From contig NC_043004.1 in the NCBI RefSeq assembly GCF_006345805.1, forward strand, positions 45,880,001-45,944,000: a stretch of DNA of 64,000 nucleotides, in the 5' to 3' direction. The stretch is from Octopus sinensis. Lineage: Eukaryota. The stretch's first letter is position 1, and every line of letters begins with the position of its first letter. A model generated the notes under the pieces. That model did no database searches and had not been told where the DNA came from. It saw only the letters and a program-made list of their open reading frames with translations. The translations under genes were made by a program, and so were the position numbers. Below, one piece after another: positions 25,721-40,775 of the stretch.

Positions 25721-27178
25721 CCATGCATTCCCACATCCCTATTCATTAGCTCATCTGTAAACACTTAATTACAGTTTTCTAATATTGACACGAGATGATT
25801 GTTTAAACGCAATATCTATTTTTTTGTTCCGGTTTTTCCTTTACCCTTAAACCCTTTCTGCTCGTTCTGACGTGGTTTTTTCCTTACTATTTTAATTATT
25901 ATTACAAATCTCCTATTCCTGCTCCTTCTCCTCCCTCTTCCCGTTCTCATCTTTATCACCAGTGTTGTACTTGTTTTAGTTTTGCGCTGTTATTGTTGTT
26001 AAAACTGGCTGCGTTATTGTGATTAATACAAAGGAAGTTCCTCTTGCTTGCTTGGTCCTTTTTGCTTTTAATTTATATGTGTTGCTTGTAGTTTGTATTA
26101 AAACCACCATGGATGTAATCGAGATATTGCTATTTCACTTTCATTTTCACTTCTACTTCTCGTGTGTGTATGTTTATCTTGCGTGTCTCTACGTAAAGCA
26201 ACATGTGCGTTTGAGGCAACATTTCTATGTGTATATGTTTCAATATTTGAGCGCTTGTGTGTGTATCAGCATGTCAGTATTTGTAAGTATTGTTAAAATG
26301 TGCAAAGGTGCACGCATGCATCATTTGTATGCATGCATTTTTTTATTGTGATGTAATCACAAGTGTCTTTCATAGACACCCTTTTTATATTATCACCTTG
26401 ATATCGCTATTTAACCTTATCACTGTCATGTGATGTGACCTCATCCTTGCCGCCATTACATCGGGTTTTCCTCTATACTCCTCCGATGTTTTCCCTTTTT
26501 GTTCTTGTAATTTACTCTTTCTCTCTTCTGCTCTTCACTCACAACTTTTGCAATTGATATCTTATGACAGAGTACAATGTACTTTTCTTTGCTACAGAAA
26601 TTTTCTTTGTTCATGCAATTCTGTGAGTCTCATTGTACGTAGACATGCATTTTTCGTGTTCAGTATAGACTGGAAATGATGGAGTGGAAATTAGATAGGC
26701 GTTGTTAGTGGTTTCATCATTAATCATTCTCGCTCAACTCAGGTAAGGACTGAAATCGAGGTCGTGAACTAAGAAGAACCCAGTTTTATATTACTACTGA
26801 TGCTTTTCCATCCTTTTGCCATGTGATACCAACATGCAGTTAATTAGATTGCCGTACTGTGAATTGAGTAATTTCTCAGCTTTCACAATACAGCCCCAGT
26901 GACAGAATATAAAGCAAAGATTAATCTTCTGTTTTACTGCCATTCTGTCAAGTCATACCTTCATGGCTTTCTTTCTTTTCTTTAATATATTGACATAACT
27001 TCTACAAAAGTAACATAGCTTGGCAGTAGCAAAACATTCCTCCGAGCTCTTGAATTATTTTATTTCTTCAATCATGTTTGAAAAAGAGTACGCTTCCCGA
27101 AATATCATAGGATAAATATTTAACTTAGGTAAATTAATATAATCCCTTTCTCTTTTGGTTTCATTTATTGACATCACC

Positions 27179-27590
27179 AGGCGCAGGAGTTGCTGTGTGG
27201 TAAGTAGCTTGCTTACCAACCACATGGTTCCGGGTTCAGTCCCACTACGTGGCATCTTGGGCAAGTGTCTTCTACTATATAGCCTCGGGCAGACCAAAGC
27301 CTTGTGAGTGGATTTGGTAGACGGAAACAGAAAGAAGCCCGTTGTATATATCTATATATATGTGTGTCTGTTTTTGTGTCTGTGTTTGTCCCCCACCCAA
27401 CATCGCTTGACAACCGATGCTGTTGTGTTTACGTTCGCACAACTTGGCGGTTCGGCAAAAGAGACCGATAGAATAAGTACTAGGCTTACAAAGAATAAGT
27501 CCTGGGGTCAATTTGCTCGACTAAAGGCGGTGCTCCAGCATGGGCGCAGTCAAATGACTGAAACAAATAAAAGAATAAAGAGTAAAGAGT
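27179..27590 (+). mobile_element. Full-length tRNA-derived SINE (family A)
   Basis: Head aggcgcaggag.tgctgtgtggtaag...ccgggttcagtccc, core ttgggcaagtgtctt, internal TA/TG tract, and tail gactgaaaca...aaag. Confidence 0.9.
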
Positions 27591-27914
27591 CTACATATTT
27601 TCCCTCACTTCTCATCTGCATTACTCAAAGGCTCTTCCAAACACGTATGTATCAAATCTAAATATGCTTACACCATTAAAGCTTATCCCATCATTAAAAT
27701 GGATCATAATTAAATTTTTAGTCAGAAATTAGCATATCATAACCAATTAAATGCCTATAACAGTTCTCTGCCTATTTGCATGACGGGATAGATATCGGAA
27801 TCCATTGCAATCATCAAGTCGACCATACAGATTAATCTTAGAGAAGAAAACATTGATGAAATATTCAAAAATACACGATTCACGATGGGGAGAAGCTTGA
27901 GTGGTCATGATTTT

Positions 27915-28146
27915 TCGTTCCTTCTCGAGCCATGCATGGCTCATAAGGGCCGGTTTCCCGGTTTCTTGGCGTATAGGTTCCCTACCTGGACTGGACGCCG
28001 GCCCGTCGCAGGTAAGCTGCAAGATGCAAGAGGAAAGAGTGAGAGAAAATTGTGGCGAAAGAGTCAGCAGAAGTTCGCCATTACCTTCTGCCGGAGCCGC
28101 GTGGACCTTAGGTGTTTTCGCTCATAAACACACACTTCGCCCGGTC
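27915..28146 (-). mobile_element. 5'-truncated SINE (family B)
   Basis: Reverse complement of ~9105-9330; the minus-strand ORF 9098-9280 and the plus-strand ORF 27885-28127 translate near-identically. Confidence 0.85.
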
Positions 28147-28634
28147 ATGATTTGGGTTCATTTGATCAGAATAATGTTTCAGTACAGACGTCGAGAAGCT
28201 AAATATCAACAACAACAGGAGCAGTAAAGGCAATTAATAATCCTTCCATCTAAAGGAACAAGGACTGAAATATGTGAGAGAAGGGATGCTAGTCGAGGAA
28301 ATCGCTTAACTGGCAACAAACATGTCCCCCGTTCCCTTTTTAATTTGCTGACAGCATTGAATTATTTCGATTTACAGAGAAAATCTAGATTTACTAATAA
28401 AATAGTATTTGTAAGGAGAGGGTATAAAGTAAATTATTTGTATTCCATCGGTGAACGCAAAGTGTAGAACCAAAATAAAAGTGATTTTGCATTTCTCTTA
28501 TTCAGGTGGGTAGAGGACATATCTACCTCATTGGATCATCAGGACTGTTTCAGTTGGACGTGTCCCACTCTCATGAAAGTGTAAGTAATGTGGAACAGAA
28601 TTAAACTGATTTTAAATACGCAGTCGTGTATATG

Positions 28635-28702
<68 letters not shown>

Positions 28703-28869
28703 ATAACAAAACTAAAGAACTACAAAACCTTTCAACTCAGAACAAGGATCCTCTCGAATATCGGATGTGAGCTCTGTGGCCAATTGGTCCACGCAAACAT
28801 TGGTCTTGTCAATAATGAGGCACCGGCATCAATTACGAAGGTCAATTAGAAAAGAAATACCAAGAAATG

Positions 28870-29170
28870 AGGTGCTGACATTGACGGTATATATATAAGA
28901 CCCTATTCGGTCACGAATGGCTATGGGATTGCTCCGGCAAAATTGCACCCGTTCATGCATACCAATCCTCTCTCTCCTAGCCAGCGATATTGTCCAAGGG
29001 AAAGGCAGAGGCCGATACAGTTTGGAATCAGGGGCGTCGGAAATCGATTCCTTATCTGAGTCATCTGGAGCAACGTGAAATAAATTGTCTTGCTCAAGAA
29101 AATTGAACTCAGCCCGGTACGAGAACCGATCTCACAACCTAACGAATGTAAACTCGAGGCTCTAACTATT
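28870..29170 (-). mobile_element. Degenerate SINE (family C-like)
   Basis: ctggagcaacgtgaaataaattgtcttgctcaag is the reverse complement of the family C core. Confidence 0.6.
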
Positions 29171-29308
29171 TAACTCATGCGCCTTCATAAATACACACAC
29201 ACACACAGAAAAACGCACACACACACACACACTCACAAGCACATACGCACACATGCATAGACCCACACATATCTTTGCATATATATGATATATGTGTGTA
29301 TATATGTT

Positions 29309-29310
<2 letters not shown>

Positions 29311-29340
<30 letters not shown>

Positions 29341-29390
29341 TGTATGTATGTATGTATGTATGTATGTATGTATGTATGTATGTATGTATG
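29311..29390. repeat. (TATG)20 microsatellite
   Basis: Direct read. Confidence 0.97.
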
Positions 29391-30351
29391 CAATTGTGCA
29401 TCTGTGTATGTGTAGGTCCTGTTTTATTAGCATTTATATGTTTTCTCTGTACCAATATTCACAGTGACACTGAGGGTATAGGTAAATCCAACCAAAATGT
29501 CAGTAGACGTTTGCTCAAATTTCTTATCGACGATATCGAAACAGTAAACACGTTGTTGAGAAGAAACCTTATTTAAACATAGCTTCCACGTCGTTAATTC
29601 TAATCACTTCACAACATTCTCTCTCTCTCTCTCTCTTTCACCCTCTTTCTCCCTCTCATTCCCCTCTCAATTTGTAAAGGTGTGTTAACAACAACAACAA
29701 CAACAACAACAGAATTAGACAACAAAAACATATGCAGGTCAATCAGGAAGACGCATAGTTGATGAAGTGGTACTTAAAGGAGTCGAGCCGGCGATTTATG
29801 CCTTTATTCACGTTTTAAGCAAGGTCACGTATGCAAGAAATAATGAACTTAACTTTCGCATCACGTTCTACTTCGCCATCTTATCGAGGTCTGATGACTT
29901 GCAAATTAATTGTAGAAAAAATAAATAAATAGATAAATAAAATCGATACTTTCCATATGAATTCCTTGTATATTGGTCTTGTACTTCAGCAAAAGTAATC
30001 ATTACGTGTTTTCTTTTTTTTTCTAGTTATTATGTGGTGCTGCCTCCGTTGCGTAAATTTGCTTATAATCTCTACTGCTTTACACACAAGCATTCGATGA
30101 AATGCACAAACTTACGCAAAAATATATCTATGTGCATTTATGTACACGTATGTGGCAAACTACATATACATACATACACATATATATATACATGTGCGTG
30201 TGTGTGCATGAATAAAAATACATACATATACATATACATACATATAGATACACAAATATACATATAAATATATATATATATGTTTATACATACACGCACA
30301 TACATATGTGTGTATATATGTATATGTGTATGTATATATATATAGAGAGAG

Positions 30352-30352
<1 letters not shown>

Positions 30353-30428
<76 letters not shown>

Positions 30429-30470
30429 CATACATACATACATACTTACATACATACATACATACATATA
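30353..30470. repeat. (GATA)n followed by (CATA)n
   Basis: Direct read. Confidence 0.95.
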
Positions 30471-30477
30471 CATATAT

Positions 30478-30662
30478 AGATGCAGGAATGACTGTGTGGT
30501 CAGTAGCTTGCTTGCCAACCACATTGTTCCGGGTTCACTCCCACTGCGTGGCACAGTGGCTCGTTGAGCAAGTGTCGACATCTATGGCCTCGCGCCGACC
30601 AAAGCCGTGTGAGTGGATTTGGTAAACAGAAATTGAACGAAGGCCGTCGTATATATACATAT

Positions 30663-30747
<85 letters not shown>

Positions 30748-30980
30748 TTAGAGAGAGATATATAGATATATATGTATATATATTTGTCTATGTGTGTGTT
30801 TGTCCATGTTTCTTCCCCCACCATCGCTTGACAATAAATAAGGGTGCGGGTCCCCGTAACTCAGCAAAAGAAACCAATAGAATGAGTACAAATCTTAGAA
30901 ATAATAAGTTCTGGGGTCGATTTGCTCGACGAAATGTGGTCTTGAGTATGGTCGCAATCAAATGACAGAAACAAATAAAT
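30478..30980 (+). mobile_element. SINE family A with expanded internal (TA)n(GA)n
   Basis: Head and tail align to 27179-27590. Confidence 0.82.
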
Positions 30981-30986
30981 GAATAT

Positions 30987-31051
<65 letters not shown>

Positions 31052-32366
31052 GCATATGTATATACATACATACATGCATATATATATACATATATATATA
31101 TGCATATATGCATATACAAGGACCTGTTTTGAACAAGCGTAACTCTTGTACATGTACAAGTGACAACAACAGAGATTACTACATAGTCGTACAGGCTCTT
31201 AGCACAGTCACTGATAACTTTATACAAATTCTGTAAATATACGCGTTAAGGAAAACCATACGAAAATACCAACACTCAGGCACAGAAACCTCACATTGTC
31301 AAATGAAAACGTGCATACACATATACACTTATGTGTATGTATACATGTATATAAACCTATATGTATGTATATATATGCGTCGAAATGTATTCTATAGAAA
31401 TTATATGTTTTTGTATACAATCGTTTATGTGTTTTTCTTGTCATATGATTTTATCAATATACACATAGAGAAACTTATATGGCATATTTGTGCGCATGCG
31501 TGTGTGCATACGTGCTTTTTTTCAGTTTATTGGTTGATTATTGAATCGAATGTTTTTTTCAGGCAACAATTTATTACGAATCAACTTGTAATAAACTATG
31601 TTCTCAGGTTGTTTTCCCAAGAAGATATTTGTGAGAGAGCGCTGTGATATCATTGTAGATAAGACTCCTTTAAATGCTTACCTGAGAGGACATAAAATAA
31701 AATAAAGTACCACAAAAGCAATATAAATATATTTTTCCCAAGCTTAGGAGATATTGATAGGAAAGGTTGCACGATATATACATCCACACATACATGGACT
31801 CACTAACATACACACACATACACACACGTGTTACACCCACTCACAGCAAAACCACATATGTAAATACAGTTATCACAGTAGCTTCTTTCTCGAAGAGAAG
31901 GTATAAAAAAAGGAAAAAGGGAGGATGCACTTGTAAATGAATGCACGAACGTAGGTATGTCCCTTGAAATGTATATGCTTCAGTGCGTATATATTTGTGC
32001 ATTGGCAGTATGCATGAATATTTAAAAACGAGTACATCTTTTTTTTTATTATTTTATATGTAGGTGTTTGTAAGGGAATGCGCGCGGGTGTGAAGTATGT
32101 ACCGTGTGTGCGTATTGGGAGTGTGTGCGTGTGCTATTCTGGGGATAGACCTTTGTGGCAGTAAAACTGGGAAACATTATTCCTTACAGAATTTATTCTA
32201 ATGTGACATCAGAAATCGGCGAAACGTGATAATTTATGTATTCATGATCTCTCGTGTGTGTGTGAGTGTGTGTGCGTGTGTGTGTGTGCGTGTATACGAA
32301 TATACATGTATGTATATATATGTGTATATATATATATATTTACATATTTGTACATATGTGTATATT

Positions 32367-32421
<55 letters not shown>

Positions 32422-32755
32422 ATATATATATATATATATAAATATATATATGTATACATATATGTATATATATATGCATGTATATTTATGTTCTATATAT
32501 ACATACATATATGCGTATATATGTGTATTATGTATATGTGTATATGTGTTTGTTTTAACACTCTTCGCTTTTCAGCTTGCATCAGAAATCGGTTTCTTAA
32601 TGTGCTCGATATTCGACTTAATGTAACAAATAATCGCTTTTAATGTAACAAATAATTTCAGATAGGATAATATACATTAATCAGATACCACATAGAGTGA
32701 TATATCGTATTCCAATAGTCTATACGCTTCCCCAATTCTCTTGAAGTAGACGTAG

Positions 32756-32788
<33 letters not shown>

Positions 32789-34677
32789 CCCGATACCCAC
32801 TCTTGTCTAATTTTACATGTCTACAATTTATAAATTTTTAATATAACATTTTTAGTTGAAGTTAAATATTTCAAGATTTAAGATTTCGATAATTAATATT
32901 ATTTCTAAGTTATTGGGAGTTTTTGTTGTGTGGAGGTGAATATCATTTCTAGCGCATTTCACTTCGTTTAATTATATCTTACTTCAAAATGTAGTTGTCT
33001 GCTTTGATGAAAATATATGAGAACATTAGAAGCACCTTATCCTACGCATGAATTCAAAATTTGAAAAGGAAAAGGTAAAAGCATTTTATGTGCTTCTCTA
33101 TATAGTTATATTTTATTATTAGTTAGCAGTCTTACGTGCATATACGTACACACATATATAGATACGCACACAAATATATATAGATATGTAAGAATTCTCG
33201 TTGATTTTTGTGTTGAAGAGACGGGCGTGGGTTGATGTTATGTTATACTCTACCATGTTTTTCACCGGATTTATACTAATCTATCTACGTAGCTTTCTGT
33301 TGTATATAGAATAAGGCCTGTGAGATCTTAGAAAGCTTATTTAGCTGCAGTGTGTGGAAACATATAGATAATGCAGCATGAAGTTCGTCTGGGCGATAGA
33401 CAAATTTACTACGTATATTCCTTAGGCTTCATTTATTTATATGAAACGTAGGCAATACGATGGCCGTGTGTCATGAAGAACAACTGTAAGTAAGGATATA
33501 GTAGCGATTCAAACCAGTGACTAAGAATAAGTGAATGTATGGAGCAATAAAGATGTCAATACAGGTAAAACAAACTTAAAAGTGTGTCTCAGCCGGTGCT
33601 TCGAAAGGTACTTCTTTTATTATTCTACAGTCACTGCCTCTGTAAGAGATATTTTCCAAAAGTATTATTGCAAAATATGTTGGTTTAACGATGTTGTTTA
33701 GAGATTAACGAGTTTCCTAAAGATAAATAACAGCTGGTATTTATCTCCTACTGGAAAAGAAATCATGTCAGGGTCAGAATATGTAAGTTTCAAACACGAT
33801 AAAATAAAACAGTTTTGATTCTCCACATACATGAAAAACAGACAATAAAATAGTTATGTAGATTTGTGTTTAGAAGCCTTTGGAAAATAAGAATTTTAAT
33901 ATAATGTAGCATATCGGTTTAAAATAAAAAAATGTCCAAGAATAACATGTTATGTATTGATTTTAAATAACCTTACATTAAGCGTGATGTATAACCGATT
34001 GAATCGATTCCAGTAGAACACGTGTGTTTGAACGGCAATTTTATGTTAGTCGAGATCTGGACTTTGATCATGAAGAGACAAAACTAAATTATAACTAAAA
34101 ATATAGAAGTGGACACTTTACAGTTGCTTACATTTCTACTCTAGTAAATTACTCCTGGTTAGTTAATAAAAAGCCTTCTCGTCAATCAATGCTTTTAGAC
34201 ACCAATGGCATATTCACAGAAATTAAACAAAGAACGTAGATTTGCTCAACATATACCATACTAGATATATATTTTTGTTTGATGTTAGCGAGTTATGATT
34301 TTCATCAGATCTACAAATTTGGAGATTAATATTAAAACGAATTAATTTCATAAAACAATAAGTTATACTAAAGATCTGAACACTTGGCATACTCATAACA
34401 TTTTAAACGTGTGTATTAACTTCTTCCACTGAAGTAAAACTACATATATTGAGTTACGTATGTTTTAGATATGCATGAATGGTACAACAATTAAAATTGT
34501 TTTCATTTACGTATATTGAAAAGAACATTAACAGTATTCTCTCAAAGTTTCATTATAAGTGTTGCATGAGACACACAAGCACACCTCTCCTTTGATAGTT
34601 ATGCGCCTAGAAGTTTATATATCCTCATCTATCTCTTCGTCTGTCCATAGGTAGGTAGGCAGGCAAGGTAGGTAGGT

Positions 34678-34911
34678 AGGCGGCGAGCTGGCAGAAACGT
34701 TAGCACGCCGGGCGAAATGCTTAGCGGTATTTCGTCTGCCGTTACGTTCTGAGTTCAAATTCCGCCGAGGTCGACTTTGCCTTTCATCCTTTCGGGGTCG
34801 ATAAATTTAAGTACCAGTTACGCACTTGCGTCGATGTAATCGATTTAATCCGTGTGTCTGTCCTTGTTTGTCCCCTATGTGTTTAGCCCGTTGTGAGTAG
34901 TAAAGAAATAC
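34678..34911 (+). mobile_element. tRNA-derived SINE (family D) with ~20-bp TSD
   Basis: Head aggcggcgagctggcagaa...gagttcaaattccgccgaggtcgactttgcc. The flanking duplication gcaggcaaggtaggtaggtagg lies at 34659-34680 and 34912-34933. Confidence 0.88.
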
Positions 34912-36599
34912 GCAGGCAAGGTAGGTAGGTAGGTAGGTATGTGAGAAACTACTTGTGCGCCTTTCTGCATCTATGTACATATATGTATTCAAACTGATGG
35001 AATTCAGCAAGGAAAAAAACGAAAAGAACTGTTTTAAACCTATGGCTTATTATATTTGTGTATGAAAGAATAAAGTGTATGATTTATTCTAGGCATTTAA
35101 AGTTCAAGCATTCAAACAGAATAAAAATATTTCATTTTCCAGGGAGTTGTGAAACGATCCAGTTTCAGCAACATATATCATCAACGAATTTATAGAAAGT
35201 TTCAGCACGATATAAATTACAATTAAAAAATATGAAGCCTATGGACCAAAGCATATTCTTACGCATTGTAAAAGAAGATGACATCCAGGCATCTTATTAT
35301 CAAATTAGTGTTGCTTTATATTATTTTCCGTTGTTATTCTAAAAGTTAATTATCAGGTGATCATTTCGGAAGTCATTTTCAGATTTCATGCTCTTACATC
35401 TCATGTGTTGCACGCTGCATAATTGTATCTAACAATCACATGCAGTTTTAAGCATTTCCTGAATGAAAGAAGATATAGTGACAGTTTATTAACGTCAAGG
35501 AGAGCTTTCCCAAAACCTAAAAATATATCATTAGAGAAATATTTGAGGTAAATTAGAGAAACTCCTCTCAAGTGATTTTATTCTCATTCAGTCATAAGCA
35601 ACAATTACAACACGAGGCTACCCACACGTTATGCAACCGTTTCTCCTTTAATATTTGCATTGATTGATTATACCCCAAGCCATACATACCATGACGTAAT
35701 CTATTATTATTTGCAGGAAAACTCACTTTGTTTTGCAAAGAACATTGTTTTGACGAAATACTGACGTAAGAATACATGATCATTATGAAGACTATCACGA
35801 TTTTTAATTCTTGTAAAAATCTTTTTACTATTTTAGACAACCAGCAAATTAAAATTTTTTCAGACAATTTATTTATCGAAAAGAATAATCGAGTTTAAAA
35901 TCACCACAATATTTCCTACGTAAACAATGTTTATACTTTTCCTGGCTTAAATGAGTTGCTACATGTTATGATAAATGTTATTTTTCTCTTAATATTTATT
36001 GCATTTATTTCCCTTACATCTATCGTAACATCATTCAACGATTAAAATTTACAAAATAACAATGCTCATGCAAGACCGAAGCTAATAATTTATACAAGAT
36101 AAATGTTAATCTTCAATTTACTGTTTCTTTATAAAGCTCTTATTATCCATGTCGTATAATGTCTATATTCTCTTTATTTTCAAAGATTTTGAACAAAAGC
36201 TTTGCTTTGAATTCTCTTATGACATTTTTTTTTATTAAACATCAAAAGCAAATTTGCGAAAATGAAATAAATTGAATTCACCTGAAAATCCTATTAATTC
36301 TACATCTGGTCGTTGGAGAAAGTTGATTGAGTGCAACTGTGACTGCGTTCTATGAAATGAATGCGAGGTATGACAACTTAGAAAATCGACCAGCTTCAGT
36401 ACTCCTAGAAATTTTAGCCGCTCCTAAAACGTTCTATACTCAGTCGATATATTTTTTGAAAAATATAGATTCTTGTGTGTATAGATATTTGTGTGTATGT
36501 ATGCGTGTATTGTTTTTATGTTAGATTACAATAAAAAAAAATTTACGTCAATCTGAATACCCGGCGTTGTTCGGGGTTAAAGTGGTATAGTTTTATTAT

Positions 36600-36785
36600 T
36601 GTTTTACTTGTTTCGATCATGTAGCTACAGCCATGCTGGAGCACCGCCTTTAGTTCAACGAATCGAACCCGGGACTTATTCTTCGTACACCTTGTTCATA
36701 TTCTATTGGTGTGGTTTTGAAAACGACTAAGGTATGGGAACGTAAACACAGCTACATCAGTTGTCAAGGGATGGTGGGGGTGCGA
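36600..36785 (-). mobile_element. SINE family A, 3' half
   Basis: gccatgctggagcaccgcctttag...gggacttattc is the reverse complement of the family A tail. Confidence 0.7.
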
Positions 36786-37428
36786 GTTCACTCTAACGCG
36801 AACATATATGTATATATATATATACATGAATCATCTTTTAAAAGTCTTGAGTCACCCTTCAAATTCAGTCTTTATTAGTTCTTGTGCTAATAAGTCGGTC
36901 ATAGATTAACAATTTATGCATTCATCTTCATATCAGATACTCAGTCTCTATCGAGAATATTATGAATGTAGCCGCTACAGATGAAGTCTTCAGAATAAAT
37001 CAGATACTGTCATACCATCGAATCACTATTCGAATTGAACACAAAACCTCACCCTATACAATTTAAGGCTAATTGCGAAATTGTACCAATTTTGTCGATT
37101 GAACTTTGATTCAACAATTGCACTTTCACGATTTTCAACATCTAATTCTCAGAATTTTGGGAAGTATAATCTCAAGAACACACTCCTTTATCTTGATTGA
37201 ATTTACGTATTGGTAGTTTGACAGATTCAAGGAAACTGATTCAGGTCTGATTGCTTTCTTAAATGATGCTAATGAACTTAATGTTCCATTAGATTATGAC
37301 AAGCTAGCAGCAGTACTTGGCCTTGCCTGAGTTTATTAATAAATATAATCACATGAAATCATTATATTTAGGATAAATCGCTATGAAAGGATTATGATAA
37401 TGTTCTGTTGGTCCTAGAATATGGATTG

Positions 37429-37836
37429 GATCTTTTAGGTTTGAACGGCAGTTTTTAACATAATTTCTAGGTAACTAAAGAATGTTAAACTTCGTATATT
37501 GGTAGAATGTGTTTATAAAACATCTTTTTCTCTTGGCTTTATTGAGAAAAGTCTATAGTTTGTAAGATATTTGTTGTGTTTTCTTCAATTTCTGCAATTT
37601 CAACCAATCAACTACGTCCATTGAGGTAAAAAAAACATTCTGTGCCGTATGAATATGTCCCTCGTTTAAGAAACAGATTCGGATTATTTACATTTGTGAA
37701 GAAAAAAAGATACCCTTCCCCCCACCCCTAACCCTAAAACATTGAAATGCAATAGATCGATACTAGGGTCATAATTATGGATGACAATTTCATATGTACC
37801 GCGAGAAAAAAACTGCCGTTCAAACCGAAAAGATCC
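37429..37836. mobile_element. MITE with ~27-bp TIRs and 9-bp TSD (copy 1, 408 bp)
   Basis: TIRs gatctttt.ggtttgaacggcagtttt and aaaactgccgttcaaaccgaaaagatc(c). TSD tatggattg at 37420-37428 and 37837-37845. Confidence 0.9.
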
Positions 37837-38987
37837 TATGGATTGAATCAGAATTGTTGCATCGAAGCTATCAGAATTGTTCACTAATTTGAGCCCCATA
37901 AAAATGCACGAAACGGTTAAGAACTGAAGAAAATATAATCCAGCTTCCTCTTATACTTTTCTTGATTAATCCCGGAAGAAAACATTATTTCTTCACGTAA
38001 CTGTATTAATTTACAATTTTATTCTGACTGAAATATATTTTAATTAGTAACATTTACGAAAATACATTTCAGTGTTGGAGGCATACTAATATATAATTAG
38101 ACTCTTGCTCCTGTCTGGTGCTAAAAATAACAAATTTTCGAAAATGCTACAAAATCTATAACTTACTCTTTGACATCATGAACCGTTATATAAAATTTCT
38201 GTTACCTTGCTGCAAAACACCAGCCTGTAACGTAGAAGATGTATATCCTGACTTTTATATATAAAATTGTGCTTTTGATGTCTAGCACATTATTCAGCAT
38301 GGTCGCATTATTGGAAGTTTTTGACTCCTTTTTGAAGTATTTTCCTATATCAACAAGCTTTCAACTAGTTATTTCTGCATTTTAGAATTATTTGCTAACT
38401 ATGTTAAATTGATTAAAAAATACTATTATATAGTTAAACATTTGTTAATTGCGCCAGAAGGAAAGTTACTTAGATTAAATATAGTCATTAAAAGTTACTT
38501 CCATTTTAAATCAAATATAGCTTCAGTATTTCTAGACAAAATAAATGACAAAACATAATTTTTAAGACTCACGCGTCTGTTACAGTCATTAGTATGGCGT
38601 TTCTCAGTCAGATAGGCTGATTACATTCTTGTTAAGAACAATATCACCTACTGAACGAGAATACATGTAGGCACTGAAAGTATTTGCAATCATTGAAGCT
38701 GCTCAGAAATCAACACCTTTCCTTCGATTATTTCATAAAATAAACTACATGAATGTGAATAAATTTGTTGGGAGGGAATAATTTACATCACCCTGAGACA
38801 AGCACTGTATCTGAAAGGAAATAAATTTTCAGTTGAAGTATTCCCCGAGAAGTGAGAATCAATAGAGAAAGGTTTAGGGTCATTAGAGAGGATTTGAGTA
38901 AAAGAAGTGGGTATTGAAGTATTAAACGGATTAGAAATTCAGCTTCTATATTGTTTTAAAATTAGTGATAAATAAACAATAAACAAT

Positions 38988-39395
38988 AGGCGCAGGAGTG
39001 GCTGTGCGGTAAGTAGCTTGCTAACCAACCACATGGTTACGTGTTCAGTCCCACTGCGTGGCATCTTGGGCAAGTGTCTTCTGCTGTAGCCCCGGGCCGA
39101 CCAATGCCTTGTGAGTAGATTTGGTAGACGGAAACTGAAAGAAGCCTGTCGTATATATGTATATATCTATATATGTATGTGTGTGTTTGTGTGTCTGTGT
39201 TTGTCCCCTAGCATTGCTTGACAACCGATGCTGGTGTGTTTACGTCCCCGTTACTTAGCGGTTCGGCAAAAGAGACCGATAGAATAAGTACTAGGCTTAC
39301 AAAGAATAAGTCCCGGGGTCGATTTGCTCGACTAAAGGCGGTGCTCCAGCATGGCCGAAGTCAAAATGACTGAAACAAGTAAAAGAGAGAAAGAG
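38988..39395 (+). mobile_element. Full-length SINE (family A)
   Basis: High similarity to 27179-27590 over its length. Confidence 0.9.
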
Positions 39396-40514
39396 AATAA
39401 AAACAAATATAGAGAAGGAGCGTAAACATAATTGTATGGGTCTACAGCTATAAGCCAATGTGTGTGAGCGACAAGGTTAAGTTTGTAAATGCTTGGAAAT
39501 ATAATCTGATTTATGCACAACACAGCAAAGCAAAATTTGAGCTGAATGATGAATTTATTATATCGACTCTCGTATTTGGATGACCTTTTATTTTATCGAT
39601 CCGGAAAAGATAAAAAGAGGAACCCGGCAGAAACGGTAATACATCTTTCTGACGCTCTAACGACATCGTCCCTCAATCAAACTACGTATGGATAGAAATA
39701 ATTGTTTCAAATTTTGGGACAATTCCTGCTGATTCTGGGAGGTAGGAGTAACTCGATACCATCCAGTACTTGACTTTATCGTCCTCAAACTGAGCAAACC
39801 TGGTGGAATTTGAAAGCAGAGCTTAAAGATCCTGAACAAACCGCGCAATATTTTTTTCCGATGTTCTACGACGCTTTAATGATTTTGACATTCGAAAGAG
39901 CATGGGGCACGTGGAATTAATGAGAAAAGGTTTATAAGTGACTTGTGAGAGGTCGTTGGCTATTGCAATTGTGATAATCTTATATATTGGAGGAAAGTAG
40001 GTAAGAGGAAGAAAAAGCTAGATGGTAGAATTAAACAAGAAGCTGAAATGGTTTGGGGGATACTTAAATGAAAATTTTAAAGAAATACGGTAAGAAGAAT
40101 AACTGATTAATGTATGTTAGTGAGGTAGTGAATTTATAGAAATGTGAAGCATTGCAAAGTTGACAAACTTCAGAAGCCAAGAAGTGCCTACATGAGTCAT
40201 CATAGAATAATTGAGTCTTCCTAGAGTAGTTTGGAGAATATTAATTATTGGAGAATATTTCCTTTTACCTATGTATAATGCATTACAAAGACAGCCTGTA
40301 ATGTGTGTCAGGTTGAGAGAACTACAGCTACAGATCTGAGTAAGTAGAAGGGGAGATTCTCAATTAGTTTTCTGTAGCCTAAAACTATCTGAGATAACTT
40401 TTTCATCTGTGATACCTGTGGCATACAGCTGAAACAAGAGAATTTGAAGGCACATATCTGGTTGTGACTGCAAGTCAGAGAACGTCAACCTATAAGTATA
40501 GTAAAGGTAAAAAA

Positions 40515-40775
40515 GGGTAAAGTTACTTTCTCAAGTCATGCAGACTCATTAGGACCGGGTTACCGGTTTCATGCTGTATATTATTCCTCCCTGGACGGGG
40601 CGCCGGTCCGTTGTAGGATTACTCATCTTCGCTAGCTGAGTGGACTGGAGCAACGGGAAATGAAGTTTTTTGCTCAAGAACACAATGCGTCGCCCGGTCC
40701 AGAAATCGAAACCACAATCTTATGACCATGAGTTAAACACCTAAACCACTTATCCATTGGCCTCCATACTACGAG
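40515..40775 (-). mobile_element. tRNA-derived SINE with C-type core and B-like tail
   Basis: Minus strand: ggtttcgatttctggaccgggcgacgcattgtgttcttgagcaa...gctccagtccactcagct, followed by cggcgccccgtccaggg...aaaccggtaacccgg. Confidence 0.7.

Noticed and set aside
32570-33050. Possible very old Penelope-like fragment (FLNVLDIRLNV; IIYINQIP)
   Set aside because: Similarity is only impressionistic and too short to call without a profile search.
36940-37330. Short open frames (e.g. FKETDSGLIAFLNDANELNVPLDYDKLAAVLGLA*) and splice-like signals here and near 38200-38830
   Set aside because: Under 60 aa, no recognisable family, and candidate exons contain stops in the frames tested. RNA-seq would be needed.
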